The position numbers and the translations under genes were made by a program. DNA of 47,277 nucleotides from an uncultured Bacilli bacterium (GTDB taxonomy: Bacteria; Bacillota_I; Bacilli_A; RF39; UBA660). This document shows, piece by piece, positions 37,492-47,277 of this stretch. The notes below the pieces were generated by a model, which had not been told where the DNA came from, ran no database searches, and saw only the letters and a program-made list of their open reading frames with translations. Every line of letters starts with the position of its first letter. The stretch's first letter is position 1. The DNA lies in NCBI GenBank assembly GCA_944372215.1, contig CALVYL010000003.1, positions 1 through 47,277 on the forward strand. The letters are read 5' to 3'.

Positions 37492-39969
37492 ATGGATAGG
37501 ATAGTACAAAATAATATAGTTGATGAAATTGAAAAGTCATTTATTGACTATTCCATGAGTGTTATAGTATCAAGAGCGATACCAGATTTACGAGATGGCT
37601 TAAAACCAGTTCATAGAAGAATACTTTATTCAATGTATGAATCTGGATATTTACCAAGTGCTCAATATAAAAAATGTGCTAGAGTAGTTGGGGATGTAAT
37701 GGGTAAATATCATCCTCATGGTGATAGTTCAATTTATGATGCTTTAGTTAGAATGGCTCAAGATTTTAGTTATCGATATATGTTGATCGACGGTCATGGT
37801 AACTTTGGTAACATGGATGGCGATGGTGCAGCAGCATATCGTTATACTGAATCAAGACTTTCGAAAATTTCTTTGGAATTATTACGAGATATTAATAAAA
37901 ATACAGTAAATTTCATACCAAATTTTGATGAATCTTTGGAAGAACCAGAGGTTTTACCTAGTAGATTTCCTAATATTTTAGTCAATGGCACTATGGGTAT
38001 TGCAGTTGGTATGGCAACAAATATTCCTCCCCACAATTTAGGTGAGGTAATTGATGGCTGTATTGCTTATATTGATAATCCCGATATAGATGTCGATGGT
38101 TTAATGCAATATATTAAAGGGCCAGATTTTCCAACAGGAGCAATTATTTTAGGTAATTCCGGAATAAAAAAAGCTTATGAAACCGGAAAAGGTACAATAA
38201 CTATACGTTGCAAAGCTGAAATTGAAGAAGAAGGAAATAAACATCGAATAGTTATTACCCAAATTCCTTATGGTTTAAATACTTTGGAATTGAAAAAACG
38301 GATTGGAGAATTAGTTCGTGATAAAGTTTTAGATGGTATTGCTGATTATCATGAAGAAACTAACTTAGAAAATGGTATAAAAATAGTTATTACCCTTAAA
38401 AAGGAAGCTAATGGTAGTGTAGTTTTAAATAATTTATATAAACATACGCAATTACAAACATCTTTTGGGATAAATCTACTTATGATTGATAATGGAACAC
38501 CAAGAACATTAGGCTTAAAAGATATCATATCTAAGTATATAGATTTTCAACGTGAGGTTATTATTCGTCGTACTCAATTTGAATTAGATAAAGCTGAAAA
38601 AAGAGTCCATATTTTGGAAGGATATAAAATTGCTTTAGATAACATTGATGAGGTAATAAAAATTATTAAAGAATCTAATGCTGATAGTGAAGCTAAAGAA
38701 AAATTGATGGCTAAATTTGGTTTTAGCGAAATTCAAACAGATAATATCTTAGAATTGAAATTACGTCGTTTAACAGGTTTAGAACGTGAAAAAATTGAAG
38801 AAGAATTAAATGCTTTACATATCGAAATAGATCGTCTACGAGGTATTTTAGCTGATAATAATAAAGTATTAGCAATTATCAAAGAAGAAATGTTAGATAT
38901 TAAGTCACGATTTGGTGATGAAAGAAGAACTAAGATTGATATGACAGCAATAGATTATATCGAAGATGAATCATTAATTCCAGTTGAAGATGTTTTGGTT
39001 GTACTTACTCATAATGGTTATATTAAAAGAACAACAGCTGATACATTTAAATCACAAAATCGTGGTGGTGTAGGTATAAAAGGTATGACCACTAATGATG
39101 AAGACTTTGTTGAACAAATGATTAATATATCAACTCATGATTCAACATTATTCTTTACTAATAAGGGTAAAGTTTACAGAATCAAAGGTTATGAAATACC
39201 AGAATATGGTCGTCAATCAAAAGGAATACCAATTGTAAACTTATTACCAATTGAAAAAGACGAAAAAGTAAATGCTGTTGTTAATATTAATGATGATAAT
39301 GTCGGAAAATATTTGTTATTTGCAACAAAGAATGGTATTGTAAAGAAAACATTAATATCTGAATTTGTTAATATACGTAATAATGGAAAAATTTGCATAA
39401 CTTTGCGAGATGACGATGAATTAATTGATGTTAAAATGACAGATGGAAATAGTTTAGTTTTACTAGGTAGTAACGCTGGTAGAATGGTTAAATTTAACGA
39501 AGATGAAATAAGAGTTATGGGTAGAACAGCCAGTGGTGTTAGAGGTATTAACTTAGAAAACAACAAATGTATTTGTTGCGAAATAGTTAATGAAGATGAT
39601 CTAATACTGTTAGTAACCGAAAAGGGTTATGGTAAACAAACCTACGTTCGTGATTTTAGACAAACTAAACGCGGAAGCAAAGGTGTTAAAGCTTTAAATA
39701 TAACTGAAAAGAACGGAAACTTGATTGCAGTTAAAATTGTTAAACCAGATAAAGAATTAGTAATAATGACAGATTCTGGTATGACAATGAGAATGCCAAT
39801 CGATCAAATATCTGTTTTAGGACGGGTAACTCAAGGATTAAGACTTATTCATTTAAGAGAAAATCAAAAAGTATCAACAATAAGTTTGGTAGATAAGAGC
39901 GATGAAGAATTAACCGAGGAATCTTTTGATGATACAACTAATGATAAAACACAGGAAACCGAACAATAA
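37492..39969 (+). CDS. gyrA: DNA gyrase subunit A
   Basis: [17 protein letters not shown], GyrA-box QNRGGVG. Confidence 0.97.
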   Translation: MDRIVQNNIVDEIEKSFIDYSMSVIVSRAIPDLRDGLKPVHRRILYSMYESGYLPSAQYKKCARVVGDVMGKYHPHGDSSIYDALVRMAQDFSYRYMLIDGHGNFGNMDGDGAAAYRYTESRLSKISLELLRDINKNTVNFIPNFDESLEEPEVLPSRFPNILVNGTMGIAVGMATNIPPHNLGEVIDGCIAYIDNPDIDVDGLMQYIKGPDFPTGAIILGNSGIKKAYETGKGTITIRCKAEIEEEGNKHRIVITQIPYGLNTLELKKRIGELVRDKVLDGIADYHEETNLENGIKIVITLKKEANGSVVLNNLYKHTQLQTSFGINLLMIDNGTPRTLGLKDIISKYIDFQREVIIRRTQFELDKAEKRVHILEGYKIALDNIDEVIKIIKESNADSEAKEKLMAKFGFSEIQTDNILELKLRRLTGLEREKIEEELNALHIEIDRLRGILADNNKVLAIIKEEMLDIKSRFGDERRTKIDMTAIDYIEDESLIPVEDVLVVLTHNGYIKRTTADTFKSQNRGGVGIKGMTTNDEDFVEQMINISTHDSTLFFTNKGKVYRIKGYEIPEYGRQSKGIPIVNLLPIEKDEKVNAVVNINDDNVGKYLLFATKNGIVKKTLISEFVNIRNNGKICITLRDDDELIDVKMTDGNSLVLLGSNAGRMVKFNEDEIRVMGRTASGVRGINLENNKCICCEIVNEDDLILLVTEKGYGKQTYVRDFRQTKRGSKGVKALNITEKNGNLIAVKIVKPDKELVIMTDSGMTMRMPIDQISVLGRVTQGLRLIHLRENQKVSTISLVDKSDEELTEESFDDTTNDKTQETEQ

Positions 39970-39974
39970 TTTAG

Positions 39975-40000
39975 GACAATGCTTAAAAGCATTGTCTTTT
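39975..40000 (+). terminator. Intrinsic terminator after gyrA
   Basis: GACAATGCTT-AA-AAGCATTGTC followed by a T-run. Confidence 0.8.
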
Positions 40001-40160
40001 TATATTAAAAAAATGCGGAAAATATGCCAAAAAATAAACATATTTTCAATTTTATCAAATAAACAATAAAGTTATCAACATTTTTTGTATTAAAACAACA
40101 TGTGTTGGTTTAATTATCAACTTATTGATTTACAAAATAATGTTCGTGTGTTACTCACGA

Positions 40161-40796
40161 TGTTTCACGTGAAACATGGTTGTAATAAATTTTATTAATT
40201 AAAAATTTTTTATAATAAAAGTACAACATTTATAAATATATTATGCATTTTAAATTATTAAAAAATATCGTATTAATTATAAATCTAATGTTTCACGTGA
40301 AACATTAGATTTATAATATTTTTTATATAAATTAGATCATAGAAAACTAATACTGTATTATATTTATATAAGTTTTAACACAATGTTTCACGTGAAACAT
40401 TGTGTTGGTATTTTTTATATAAAAATAAATAGTAATATTAATGTTTATATAAAGACATTAATTACAATATTTTAAATTTTAATATAAAATGTATGTAATG
40501 TTTCACGTGAAACATTACGCGAAAAGTTTTATTTATTCTATAACGCCATTAAATTATATAATATATGCAATCTTTTATAATTAATGGATATAAATTTTAA
40601 AAGAAATTCAAATGTTTCACGTGAAACATTAGGTTATTTATAAAATGTGTATTTTTAAAATAAATGTTAAAATTCTTAATTATAATTTTTTTTATAAAAA
40701 TAAATTTTAACAATGTTTCACGTGAAACATTGTGTTAATAAGTTATTAATATTAAAAAAATATAATTGTCTAAAACATTATGTTTCACGTGAAACA
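40161..40796. repeat. parS: Array of seven perfect parS sites
   Basis: TGTTTCACGTGAAACA at 40161, 40289, 40384, 40499, 40613, 40714, 40781. Confidence 0.95.
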
Positions 40797-40900
40797 TAAC
40801 GAACAATTGTTTTGTTTGTTGTTTGGGAAATATTTAGTTAACATATTCTGTAAACTTTTGGGAAAAAATTGGTTAACATAATGTGTAAATTCTTGGGAAA

Positions 40901-40916
40901 TATTTCCCGGGAAATA
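40901..40916. promoter_or_regulatory. Noc-binding site (NBS) beside the parS array
   Basis: TATTTCCCGGGAAATA, with TTGGGAAA half-sites just upstream. Confidence 0.8.
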
Positions 40917-41100
40917 AAATAAATTGTTTAAAAATATAATTGATATTTAAATTTTTTTAGAAATATAAATTTCTTTAAATATTATAATTTGCCTAAAAAT
41001 GGGAGTATTTTTGATATATTTTTAAATTATAATTTGTTAACTTTTAAGTTATCAACATATAAATCAAAATATTATAATTTTTTTAATAAAAATTTAATTG

Positions 41101-41129
41101 TTGACAGTTATTAAATGATTTGATATTAT
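41101..41129 (+). promoter_or_regulatory. sigmaA promoter of the SRP RNA
   Basis: TTGACA, 17-bp spacer, TGaTATTAT. Confidence 0.75.
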
Positions 41130-41135
41130 TTATTT

Positions 41136-41206
41136 GTGCAACAAATATGCTGTAACCTGGTCAGGATTGGAAAATAGCAGCCACATCAGCCTCTGTTTGT
41201 GTGCAC
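41136..41206 (+). ncRNA. ffs: Small bacterial SRP RNA (4.5S-type)
   Basis: Domain IV TGGTCAGG-ATT-GGAA-AAT-AGCAGCCA, closed by GTGCA...TGCAC plus a T-run; near tadA and dnaX. Confidence 0.88.
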
Positions 41207-41227
41207 TTTTTATTTATGGAGAAAGTT

Positions 41228-41650
41228 ATGAATAAATATTTTGAAGAAACTATAAAATTGGCTAAAAAATCTCTAAAAAGTAAGGATGTTCCTATCGGTG
41301 CAATAGTTGTTAAAGATAATGTTATTGTTGGTAAAGGTTACAATACCCGTGAAAAAAAACAAAATATTATGGGACATGCTGAGATAAATGCAATAATAAG
41401 AGCCAGTAAAGTACTTAATAATTGGAATTTAAGTAATTGTGAGTTATATGTTACTTTGAAACCTTGTAATATGTGTATGGAAATAATAAAACAATCGCGA
41501 ATTAAAAAAGTATATTATTTATTGGAAAAATTACCAAATAAACGCGAATATGATCAAACAATTATAGAAAAATCAGAAGATGGTCATTTAACTGAAGATT
41601 ATTTAAGTATTTTACAAAGTTTTTTTAAGAATTTACGAGAAAAAAAGTAA
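41228..41650 (+). CDS. tadA: tRNA adenosine deaminase
   Basis: DVPIGA, HAE, LYVTLKPCNMC. Confidence 0.88.
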   Translation: MNKYFEETIKLAKKSLKSKDVPIGAIVVKDNVIVGKGYNTREKKQNIMGHAEINAIIRASKVLNNWNLSNCELYVTLKPCNMCMEIIKQSRIKKVYYLLEKLPNKREYDQTIIEKSEDGHLTEDYLSILQSFFKNLREKK

Positions 41651-41686
41651 TATTTGTGGTATAATTTTTATATATGGAGGCACCTA

Positions 41687-43285
41687 ATGAGTTATAGAGT
41701 TTTATACAGAAAATATCGTCCGGATAGCTTTGATGCTTTAATTGGCCAAAAACCAATAGTAGATATTTTGAAAAATTCAATTATTGACAACAAAATTGCT
41801 CACGCCTATTTATTTTCGGGCCCTAGAGGAACGGGAAAAACCTCAACCGCTAGAATATTAGCTAAGGCAATAAATTGTTTAAATAATAAAGACGGTTTGG
41901 CTTGTGGTCAGTGTGAAAATTGTTTGGCTTTTAATGACAATCCCGATATTATTGAAATCGATGCGGCTTCTAATAACGGGGTTGAGGAAATTAGAGAATT
42001 AATTAATAATGTCAAGATAATGCCCACCTCATTAAAATATAAAGTGTATATTATTGATGAGGTTCATATGCTTAGTCAAAACGCTTTTAATGCTTTACTT
42101 TTAACCCTTGAAGAACCTCCAGCTCATGTAGTCTTTATTTTGGCAACTACCAATATTGAAAGTGTTCCTATAACTATTTTATCGCGTTGTCAAAGATTTG
42201 ATTTTAAAAAAATTAGTGAAGAAGATATTTTAAAACAATTAGAAGATATCTGCCAAAAAGAGAATATCGCTTATGAAATAGATGGATTAAAAGAAATAGC
42301 AATACTTTCTGAAGGTGGTCTGCGTGATGCCCTTAGCGTTTTAGATCAAGTTTCTAAAAATGCTACAACCATTACAGCTGATTTAGTTATTAAAGAAATA
42401 GGTAGTATATCTAATAAAAATATTGAAGAATTAGTTAAAGCATTAGATGATAATAATTACCAATTAATCGATAAAATAATAACTAATTTTCAAGAAAGTA
42501 ATTTAAATTATAAAGTAGTTATAAAAAAATTAGTTATGGAATTAGCTAAAAAAGCAATAGATATCTTAAATAATGGTGGTAGTGGTAATTTAAAATATGA
42601 TGATTGTAAAAAAATAGTTTTAGAATTAAATGATTTGATGAATAAGATAAATATTAATATTGAACCATACTTATTAATAAAAATATTATTGTTAGAATAT
42701 GTTTCAGTGGATAATACTAAAGTTATTAACAAAGAAATTAATAAAATAGAAGAGACACAACCTGTTGTAAATCATGACGAAAAAACAAATAAAACTGAAG
42801 AAAAAATTACTGAAAAGAAACAAACAGAACAAAGTAGTTTTGATAAACTTGTTGATATAAGAATTAATAATTGTTTTGTTGAAGCATCTAAAACGTATTT
42901 GGCAACAATTCAGGAAAAATGGAATAATTTTATTCTCAGTTTGAGTTCAGCATTACTTAAAGGATTAGTAAGTGATACCAAAGTAGTTACAGCATCTAAT
43001 AAATATGCCATCATTATGACGACGATTAGACATAAAGATAAAGAAATAAATGATAAACTTGATGATATACGAAATTTATTTAATGAATTTATAAATGATA
43101 ATTATACTTTGATATTTTTAGATGAAGATAAATGGAATTTAGAAAAAGAAAAGTATATAAAAAATTTGAAAAATAAACATAAATATGAATATATTGAAGA
43201 AAATATTGAAAATACCTCTACTAATGAAGATATTAATGCTATAATAGGAGATGTATTTGATATAGAAAAAGTAGAAATAGAATAG
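41687..43285 (+). CDS. dnaX: DNA polymerase III gamma/tau
   Basis: LYRKYRP, GPRGTGKT, IDEVHML, SRC. Confidence 0.97.
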   Translation: MSYRVLYRKYRPDSFDALIGQKPIVDILKNSIIDNKIAHAYLFSGPRGTGKTSTARILAKAINCLNNKDGLACGQCENCLAFNDNPDIIEIDAASNNGVEEIRELINNVKIMPTSLKYKVYIIDEVHMLSQNAFNALLLTLEEPPAHVVFILATTNIESVPITILSRCQRFDFKKISEEDILKQLEDICQKENIAYEIDGLKEIAILSEGGLRDALSVLDQVSKNATTITADLVIKEIGSISNKNIEELVKALDDNNYQLIDKIITNFQESNLNYKVVIKKLVMELAKKAIDILNNGGSGNLKYDDCKKIVLELNDLMNKININIEPYLLIKILLLEYVSVDNTKVINKEINKIEETQPVVNHDEKTNKTEEKITEKKQTEQSSFDKLVDIRINNCFVEASKTYLATIQEKWNNFILSLSSALLKGLVSDTKVVTASNKYAIIMTTIRHKDKEINDKLDDIRNLFNEFINDNYTLIFLDEDKWNLEKEKYIKNLKNKHKYEYIEENIENTSTNEDINAIIGDVFDIEKVEIE

Positions 43286-43296
43286 GAGTGATTTTT

Positions 43297-43593
43297 ATGA
43301 ATATGCAACAAATTATGCAACAAGCTCAAAAAATGCAAAGAGAAATTACCAAGAAAAAAGAAGCTATTGATGCTATGGAATTTAGTGGTAAGAGCGAATG
43401 GGTAGAAATAAGTTTTAATGGCAAAAGAGAAATTAAATCTTTTAAAATTTTAAAAGGAGGTGTCATTGATAATGATGATAAAGAAATGTTAGAAGATATG
43501 ATTATGATTGCTATTAAAGATGCCTTTAGTAAAATTGATAAAGAAACAGAAAAAGAATTGGGTAGTTATGCTAGTCTTGGTGGATTGATGTAG
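43297..43593 (+). CDS. YbaB/EbfC nucleoid-associated protein
   Basis: MQQIMQQAQKMQ...DKEMLEDMI; between dnaX and recR. Confidence 0.92.
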   Translation: MNMQQIMQQAQKMQREITKKKEAIDAMEFSGKSEWVEISFNGKREIKSFKILKGGVIDNDDKEMLEDMIMIAIKDAFSKIDKETEKELGSYASLGGLM

Positions 43594-43594
43594 C

Positions 43595-44197
43595 ATGGTA
43601 TATCCAAAATCGTTAGAAAATTTAATTAATTATTATAAAAAACTACCAGGAATCGGCGAAAAAAATGCTGAGAGACTGGCTTTAGCAACTCTTAATTTTA
43701 AAGAAGAAGACATCGATAATTTTGCGGCTTCTTTGGAAGATGTTAAAAATAAAATTCACAAATGTAAAATTTGTGGTCATTTAACCGAATGGGAAATTTG
43801 TGATATTTGTAAGGATGAAAGTAGAGATCATAACTTAATCTGTGTGATTGAAGATTATAAAAGTGTTTTTTCATTTGAAAAAGCTGGAAATTACCGCGGA
43901 GTTTATCACGTATTAAACGGATTGATTTCTCCTGCCGATAATATTGGCCCAGATAATATTAATTTAGCATCTTTAGTTAAAAGAGTGGAACAAGCCGAAA
44001 AACCAGAGCTTATTTTAGCTTTAAAATCAACTGTTGAAGGAGAAACAACAACGTTATATATTAAGAAAATATTTGAAAATAAAGATGTAGTAATATCAAG
44101 ACTTTCTTATGGTATACCAATGGGAGCAGAAATAGATTATTTAGATATTATCACATTAGATAAAGCATTAGAAGATAGGAAAAAAATATCAGAATAA
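43595..44197 (+). CDS. recR: Recombination mediator RecR
   Basis: LPGIGEKNAERLA, CKIC...CDIC, YHVLNG, EGETT. Confidence 0.97.
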   Translation: MVYPKSLENLINYYKKLPGIGEKNAERLALATLNFKEEDIDNFAASLEDVKNKIHKCKICGHLTEWEICDICKDESRDHNLICVIEDYKSVFSFEKAGNYRGVYHVLNGLISPADNIGPDNINLASLVKRVEQAEKPELILALKSTVEGETTTLYIKKIFENKDVVISRLSYGIPMGAEIDYLDIITLDKALEDRKKISE

Positions 44198-44224
44198 TAA
44201 AAAAAATAAGACATATATTATAGT

Positions 44225-44413
44225 ATGAAAAAGGTAATTATAACTGTAATAAAAAAAATAATCTTAGCTATATGCTTAGTTTATGCATTTAATTTATTAG
44301 TTTCCGGATTAAAAATATTTATTCCCATAAATATTATCACAATTGGGGTAGTGTCGGCGCTGGGAATGTGTGGATTGTTGGCTTTGATTGCTATATATTT
44401 TGTCTTATTATAG
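44225..44413 (+). CDS. bofA: Pro-sigmaK processing inhibitor BofA-family protein
   Basis: Small two-TM protein with IPINIIT...LG..G; after recR as in Bacillus and Clostridium. Confidence 0.75.
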   Translation: MKKVIITVIKKIILAICLVYAFNLLVSGLKIFIPINIITIGVVSALGMCGLLALIAIYFVLL

Positions 44414-44422
44414 GGAGTAAAT

Positions 44423-45283
44423 ATGGCAATAGAACAATTTGAAAAATTAGTTAACTTATATCATGAGAATAAATTATCTCATGCTTATTTGCTTGTTACA
44501 AACAATATTGATTATTGCTTTAGAGATTTAAAATTAGCTATTAAACAAATAGATTGTAATGAAGAATATAAAGAAAATTGTACAAAATGCAATATTTGTA
44601 ATTTAATAGATCAAAATTATTTACCATCACTTATTGTTATTGAATCTGATGGAAAAAATATTAAAAAAGAACAAATATTAGAGTTAAAAAGAAAATTTAG
44701 TACTAAACCTATTTATACTAAAGAAAATATATATGTAATTAAGAATGCTGAGGCCCTAAATTCATCTTCAGCAAATACTATGTTAAAATTTTTAGAAGAA
44801 CCTGAGGATAATATTATAGGATTTTTTATTACTAATAATGTTAATAATGTGATAAATACTATTAAAAGTAGATGTGAAATAATTAATATATTTTATGATG
44901 TTCATGAATTAAATATTGATAGTATAGATAATGATATTAATAAATCTTATTTAGATGTTGCTAAAAATTATCTTAAAAAAATAGAGGTAGAAAAAAACCT
45001 GAGAATAATGTATAATAAGAGTGAATTACTAAATTTTTATACCGAAAGGGAAGATATAAAAAAGATTTTTCAAATTTTGGTAATAATTTATGAAGAATTA
45101 TTAAAAAATAAATTAAATTTAAGTAATTCTTTTAGTAAATTAAATATTGATTATTTAAGTTTTTTAAGTTATAAAGATGTATTAAATAGAATAAATCTAT
45201 TAAATAAGTTTTTAGATGATTTAAATAGTAATGCTAGTATCGAGTTATTATTAGATAAATTTGTGATAGAAATGGAGATATAA
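44423..45283 (+). CDS. holB: DNA polymerase III delta-prime subunit (divergent)
   Basis: LSHAYL, CTKCNIC, SANTMLKFLEEP, TIKSRC; precedes ricT. Confidence 0.85.
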   Translation: MAIEQFEKLVNLYHENKLSHAYLLVTNNIDYCFRDLKLAIKQIDCNEEYKENCTKCNICNLIDQNYLPSLIVIESDGKNIKKEQILELKRKFSTKPIYTKENIYVIKNAEALNSSSANTMLKFLEEPEDNIIGFFITNNVNNVINTIKSRCEIINIFYDVHELNIDSIDNDINKSYLDVAKNYLKKIEVEKNLRIMYNKSELLNFYTEREDIKKIFQILVIIYEELLKNKLNLSNSFSKLNIDYLSFLSYKDVLNRINLLNKFLDDLNSNASIELLLDKFVIEMEI

Positions 45284-45284
45284 A

Positions 45285-46064
45285 ATGAAGGTTTATGGGG
45301 TAATATTTAAAGATGGACACAAAACATATAGTTTTCAGGGAAATGATGAATTTAAAAAAGATGATTATGTAATTGTAGAAACAGATAAAGGATTACAATA
45401 TGCCAAAATTAATGCCGTTTATGATGATAAAGAGAATAGTGAAAATTTAAAAAATATAATTAGAAAAGCTACAGAAGAAGATACAAATCAATATTTGAAT
45501 AATTTAAAAGATGCTGAATTTGCTTTGAAAAAATGTCGCAGATTTGTTGAAGAATTAGGCTTAAAAATGAAGGTTTTAAATGCTCAATTTACTTTTGAAA
45601 GAACTCAGTTATTATTTAATTTTATCGCTGATGAAAGAGTAGATTTTAGAGAACTTGCTCGTAAACTTGCTGGAGTATATCATACTAGAATTGAATTAAG
45701 ACAAATTGGGGCTCGTGATAAAGCCCGCGAAATTGGGGGTATAGGCATTTGTGGTGGAGAACTTTGTTGTCGGAGATTTTTAAATCAAATGGAAACAATA
45801 TCAATATCTATGGCTAAAGATCAAAATTTAGCTTTAAATCCCAGTAAAATTAATGGCGCTTGTGGGAGACTTTTATGTTGTCTAGCCTATGAAAATAGTA
45901 ATTATGTCGATAACCTTAAAGATTTACCACAGGTTGGTGATATTATCAAAACACCGATGGGCGAAGGTGAGGTTGTAAGTATCGATATATTAAATCGCAA
46001 GTGTCAAGTAATGATAGAAAATTCAATTGAGGATTATTATATTGATGATGATAGTAAAAAATGA
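45285..46064 (+). CDS. ricT: PSP1-domain protein RicT/YaaT
   Basis: RVDFRELA, RIELRQIGARD, CGGELCC, GACGRLLCCL. Confidence 0.93.
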   Translation: MKVYGVIFKDGHKTYSFQGNDEFKKDDYVIVETDKGLQYAKINAVYDDKENSENLKNIIRKATEEDTNQYLNNLKDAEFALKKCRRFVEELGLKMKVLNAQFTFERTQLLFNFIADERVDFRELARKLAGVYHTRIELRQIGARDKAREIGGIGICGGELCCRRFLNQMETISISMAKDQNLALNPSKINGACGRLLCCLAYENSNYVDNLKDLPQVGDIIKTPMGEGEVVSIDILNRKCQVMIENSIEDYYIDDDSKK

Positions 46065-46746
46065 TTTATTTGATTATAAAAACCGCTACATTTATCAAGC
46101 GACCGATGGTTTCAAATTTTCGTTAGATTCAATATTGCTAGCAGAATATACGCAAGTTAAAGATAATTTAAATATCCTTGATATGTGTAGTGGGAATGCA
46201 GCAGTTCCCTTAATAATATCAACAAAGACTAAAAGTAGGATTGTGGCATTTGAAATTCAACAAGAAATTGCTAATTTAGCAAACCAATCGGTTGAGTTAA
46301 ATAAATTAGAAAAGCAAATAAAAGTAATAAATGATGATGTTAATAATATTGCTAAATATTTTAATAAAGAATATTTTGATATAATTGTATGTAATCCTCC
46401 TTATTTTAAAAAGAATAGCAGTTTACATAATAAAGAGGAAATAAAAGCTATTGCGAGACATGAAATAAAAATAAATTTAGAACAAATATTTAAAATTAGT
46501 TTTGATTATTTAAAAAATAATGGTATATTATATATGTCGCACCGGGCAGAAAGATTAGATGAAATAATTACTTTAGCTGTAAAATATAATATAAATGTTA
46601 AAGAACTTATATTAGTTCAAACTAAAAGTAGTGATATTTCGATGATTCTGGTTAAATGTATTAAAAATAGTAAAAAAGGAATGAAGATAAAAGTAATAGA
46701 TGTTAGTAAGTATAGTACTTATCAACATATTTTTGAGAGGGTATAA
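46045..46746 (+). CDS. tRNA1(Val) A37 N6-methyltransferase (YabB/TrmN6)
   Basis: FSLDSILLA, LDMCSGNA, CNPPYF, IARHE. Confidence 0.88.
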   Translation: MMIVKNDLFDYKNRYIYQATDGFKFSLDSILLAEYTQVKDNLNILDMCSGNAAVPLIISTKTKSRIVAFEIQQEIANLANQSVELNKLEKQIKVINDDVNNIAKYFNKEYFDIIVCNPPYFKKNSSLHNKEEIKAIARHEIKINLEQIFKISFDYLKNNGILYMSHRAERLDEIITLAVKYNINVKELILVQTKSSDISMILVKCIKNSKKGMKIKVIDVSKYSTYQHIFERV

Positions 46747-47277
46747 TGAAATTAATTGTAGGTATTGGTAATTTTGGTCGGGAATACGATAATACAAGAC
46801 ATAACGTCGGTTTTATGATAATCGACAATTTTTTGGGTAAAATAAAATATCAAGAAAAGTTTGAAGCCCTTTATAAAAAGATGGAAATTAATGGAGAAAC
46901 TGTATATTTTATAAAGCCTTTGACTTATGTGAATAATTCCGGAATTGCCGTAAGAAAGTATGTTGATTATTTTAATATAGATATTGATGATATCTTAGTT
47001 ATTCAAGATGATTTAGATGAACCAGTTGGAAAATATAAATTAAAAAAACATAGTAGTAGTGGTGGACATAATGGCATAAAATCAATTATTAAAGCTTTAA
47101 ATAGTGAAGATTTTCTAAGGCTTAAAGTAGGCATTAGAAATGAACATGTGGGAGATACTATAGATTTTGTTTTAGGAAAATTTAGCAAAAAAGAATTAAG
47201 TATAATGGATGAAAATATGGAAACATTTAAAGAAATTATTAATTCTTTTATAAATGATGGAGCTGATAAAACAATGA
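46746..47277 (+). CDS. pth: Peptidyl-tRNA hydrolase (partial; runs off the window edge)
   Basis: MKLIVGIGN..REYDNTRHNVGF, KPLTYVNNSG, GGHNGIKSI. Confidence 0.95.
   Translation, partial: MKLIVGIGNFGREYDNTRHNVGFMIIDNFLGKIKYQEKFEALYKKMEINGETVYFIKPLTYVNNSGIAVRKYVDYFNIDIDDILVIQDDLDEPVGKYKLKKHSSSGGHNGIKSIIKALNSEDFLRLKVGIRNEHVGDTIDFVLGKFSKKELSIMDENMETFKEIINSFINDGADKTM

Noticed and set aside
37700-37745. Quinolone-resistance substitution in the GyrA QRDR
   Set aside because: [10 protein letters not shown] retains the Ser and acidic residues
40161-40796. CRISPR array
   Set aside because: The repeat is only 16-18 bp and equals the parS consensus; spacers are 51-112 bp, irregular and almost pure A/T; no cas genes are present
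39970-41100. rRNA or tRNA genes after gyrA (rrnO position in B. subtilis)
   Set aside because: The region is extremely AT-rich, with no rRNA or tRNA motifs
3553-47188. Short antisense or alternate-frame ORFs in the track (e.g. 3553-3756, 10724-10942, 14116-14397, 14852-15070, 24859-25128, 35245-35580, 36419-36736, 39213-39566, 47003-47188)
   Set aside because: Shadows of well-conserved genes, with no SD or family motifs; the His-rich 14852-15070 ORF is just the reverse complement of the acidic rpoE tail
1-47277. Mycoplasma-type genetic code 4
   Set aside because: TGA terminates genes (csp, SGNH protein), Trp is TGG in conserved positions, and long ORFs are intact under code 11

Overview
This is the chromosomal origin region of a very AT-rich, reduced-genome, probably spore-forming member of the Bacilli; an RF39-like uncultured lineage is an inference. 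It uses genetic code 11. Gene order is a compressed version of the Bacillus subtilis ori-proximal arms. The left arm, mostly on the minus strand, runs secA, hpf, csp, spoIIID, spoIIQ-like, spoIID, rpiB, rpmE, murA, spoIIR, prmC, prfA, rpoE, argS, PBP, noc-like, rsmG, mnmG, mnmE, jag, yidC, rnpA, rpmH. After oriC the plus strand carries dnaA, dnaN, comK-like, recF, gyrB, gyrA, a parS array, SRP RNA, tadA, dnaX, ybaB, recR, bofA, holB, ricT, trmN6 and pth. Six signals are not explained by this backbone. (1) Two tandem ~365-bp loci, missed by the ORF track, each encode a 29-aa hydrophobic peptide with tandem Spo0A boxes, 5'-3' mRNA pairing and a convergent antisense promoter (candidate Spo0A-linked type I toxin-antitoxin family). 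(2) A surface protein has a C-terminus with the codon signature of a diversity-generating-retroelement variable region, but no RT or TR is in the window. (3) Two accessory genes, a GNAT-DUF402 fusion and a Fic gene, are each bracketed by palindrome-containing direct repeats, one pair showing compensatory changes (cassette-like). (4) Seven perfect parS sites lie next to a perfect Noc-binding site, and the Noc-like protein lacks the N-terminal membrane helix but has a large acidic insertion. (5) A shrunken, motif-less MreB/Mbl-like protein sits at the mbl position. (6) rpiB appears to start at an ATA codon. All family calls come from reading motifs and synteny by eye; no database search was run.
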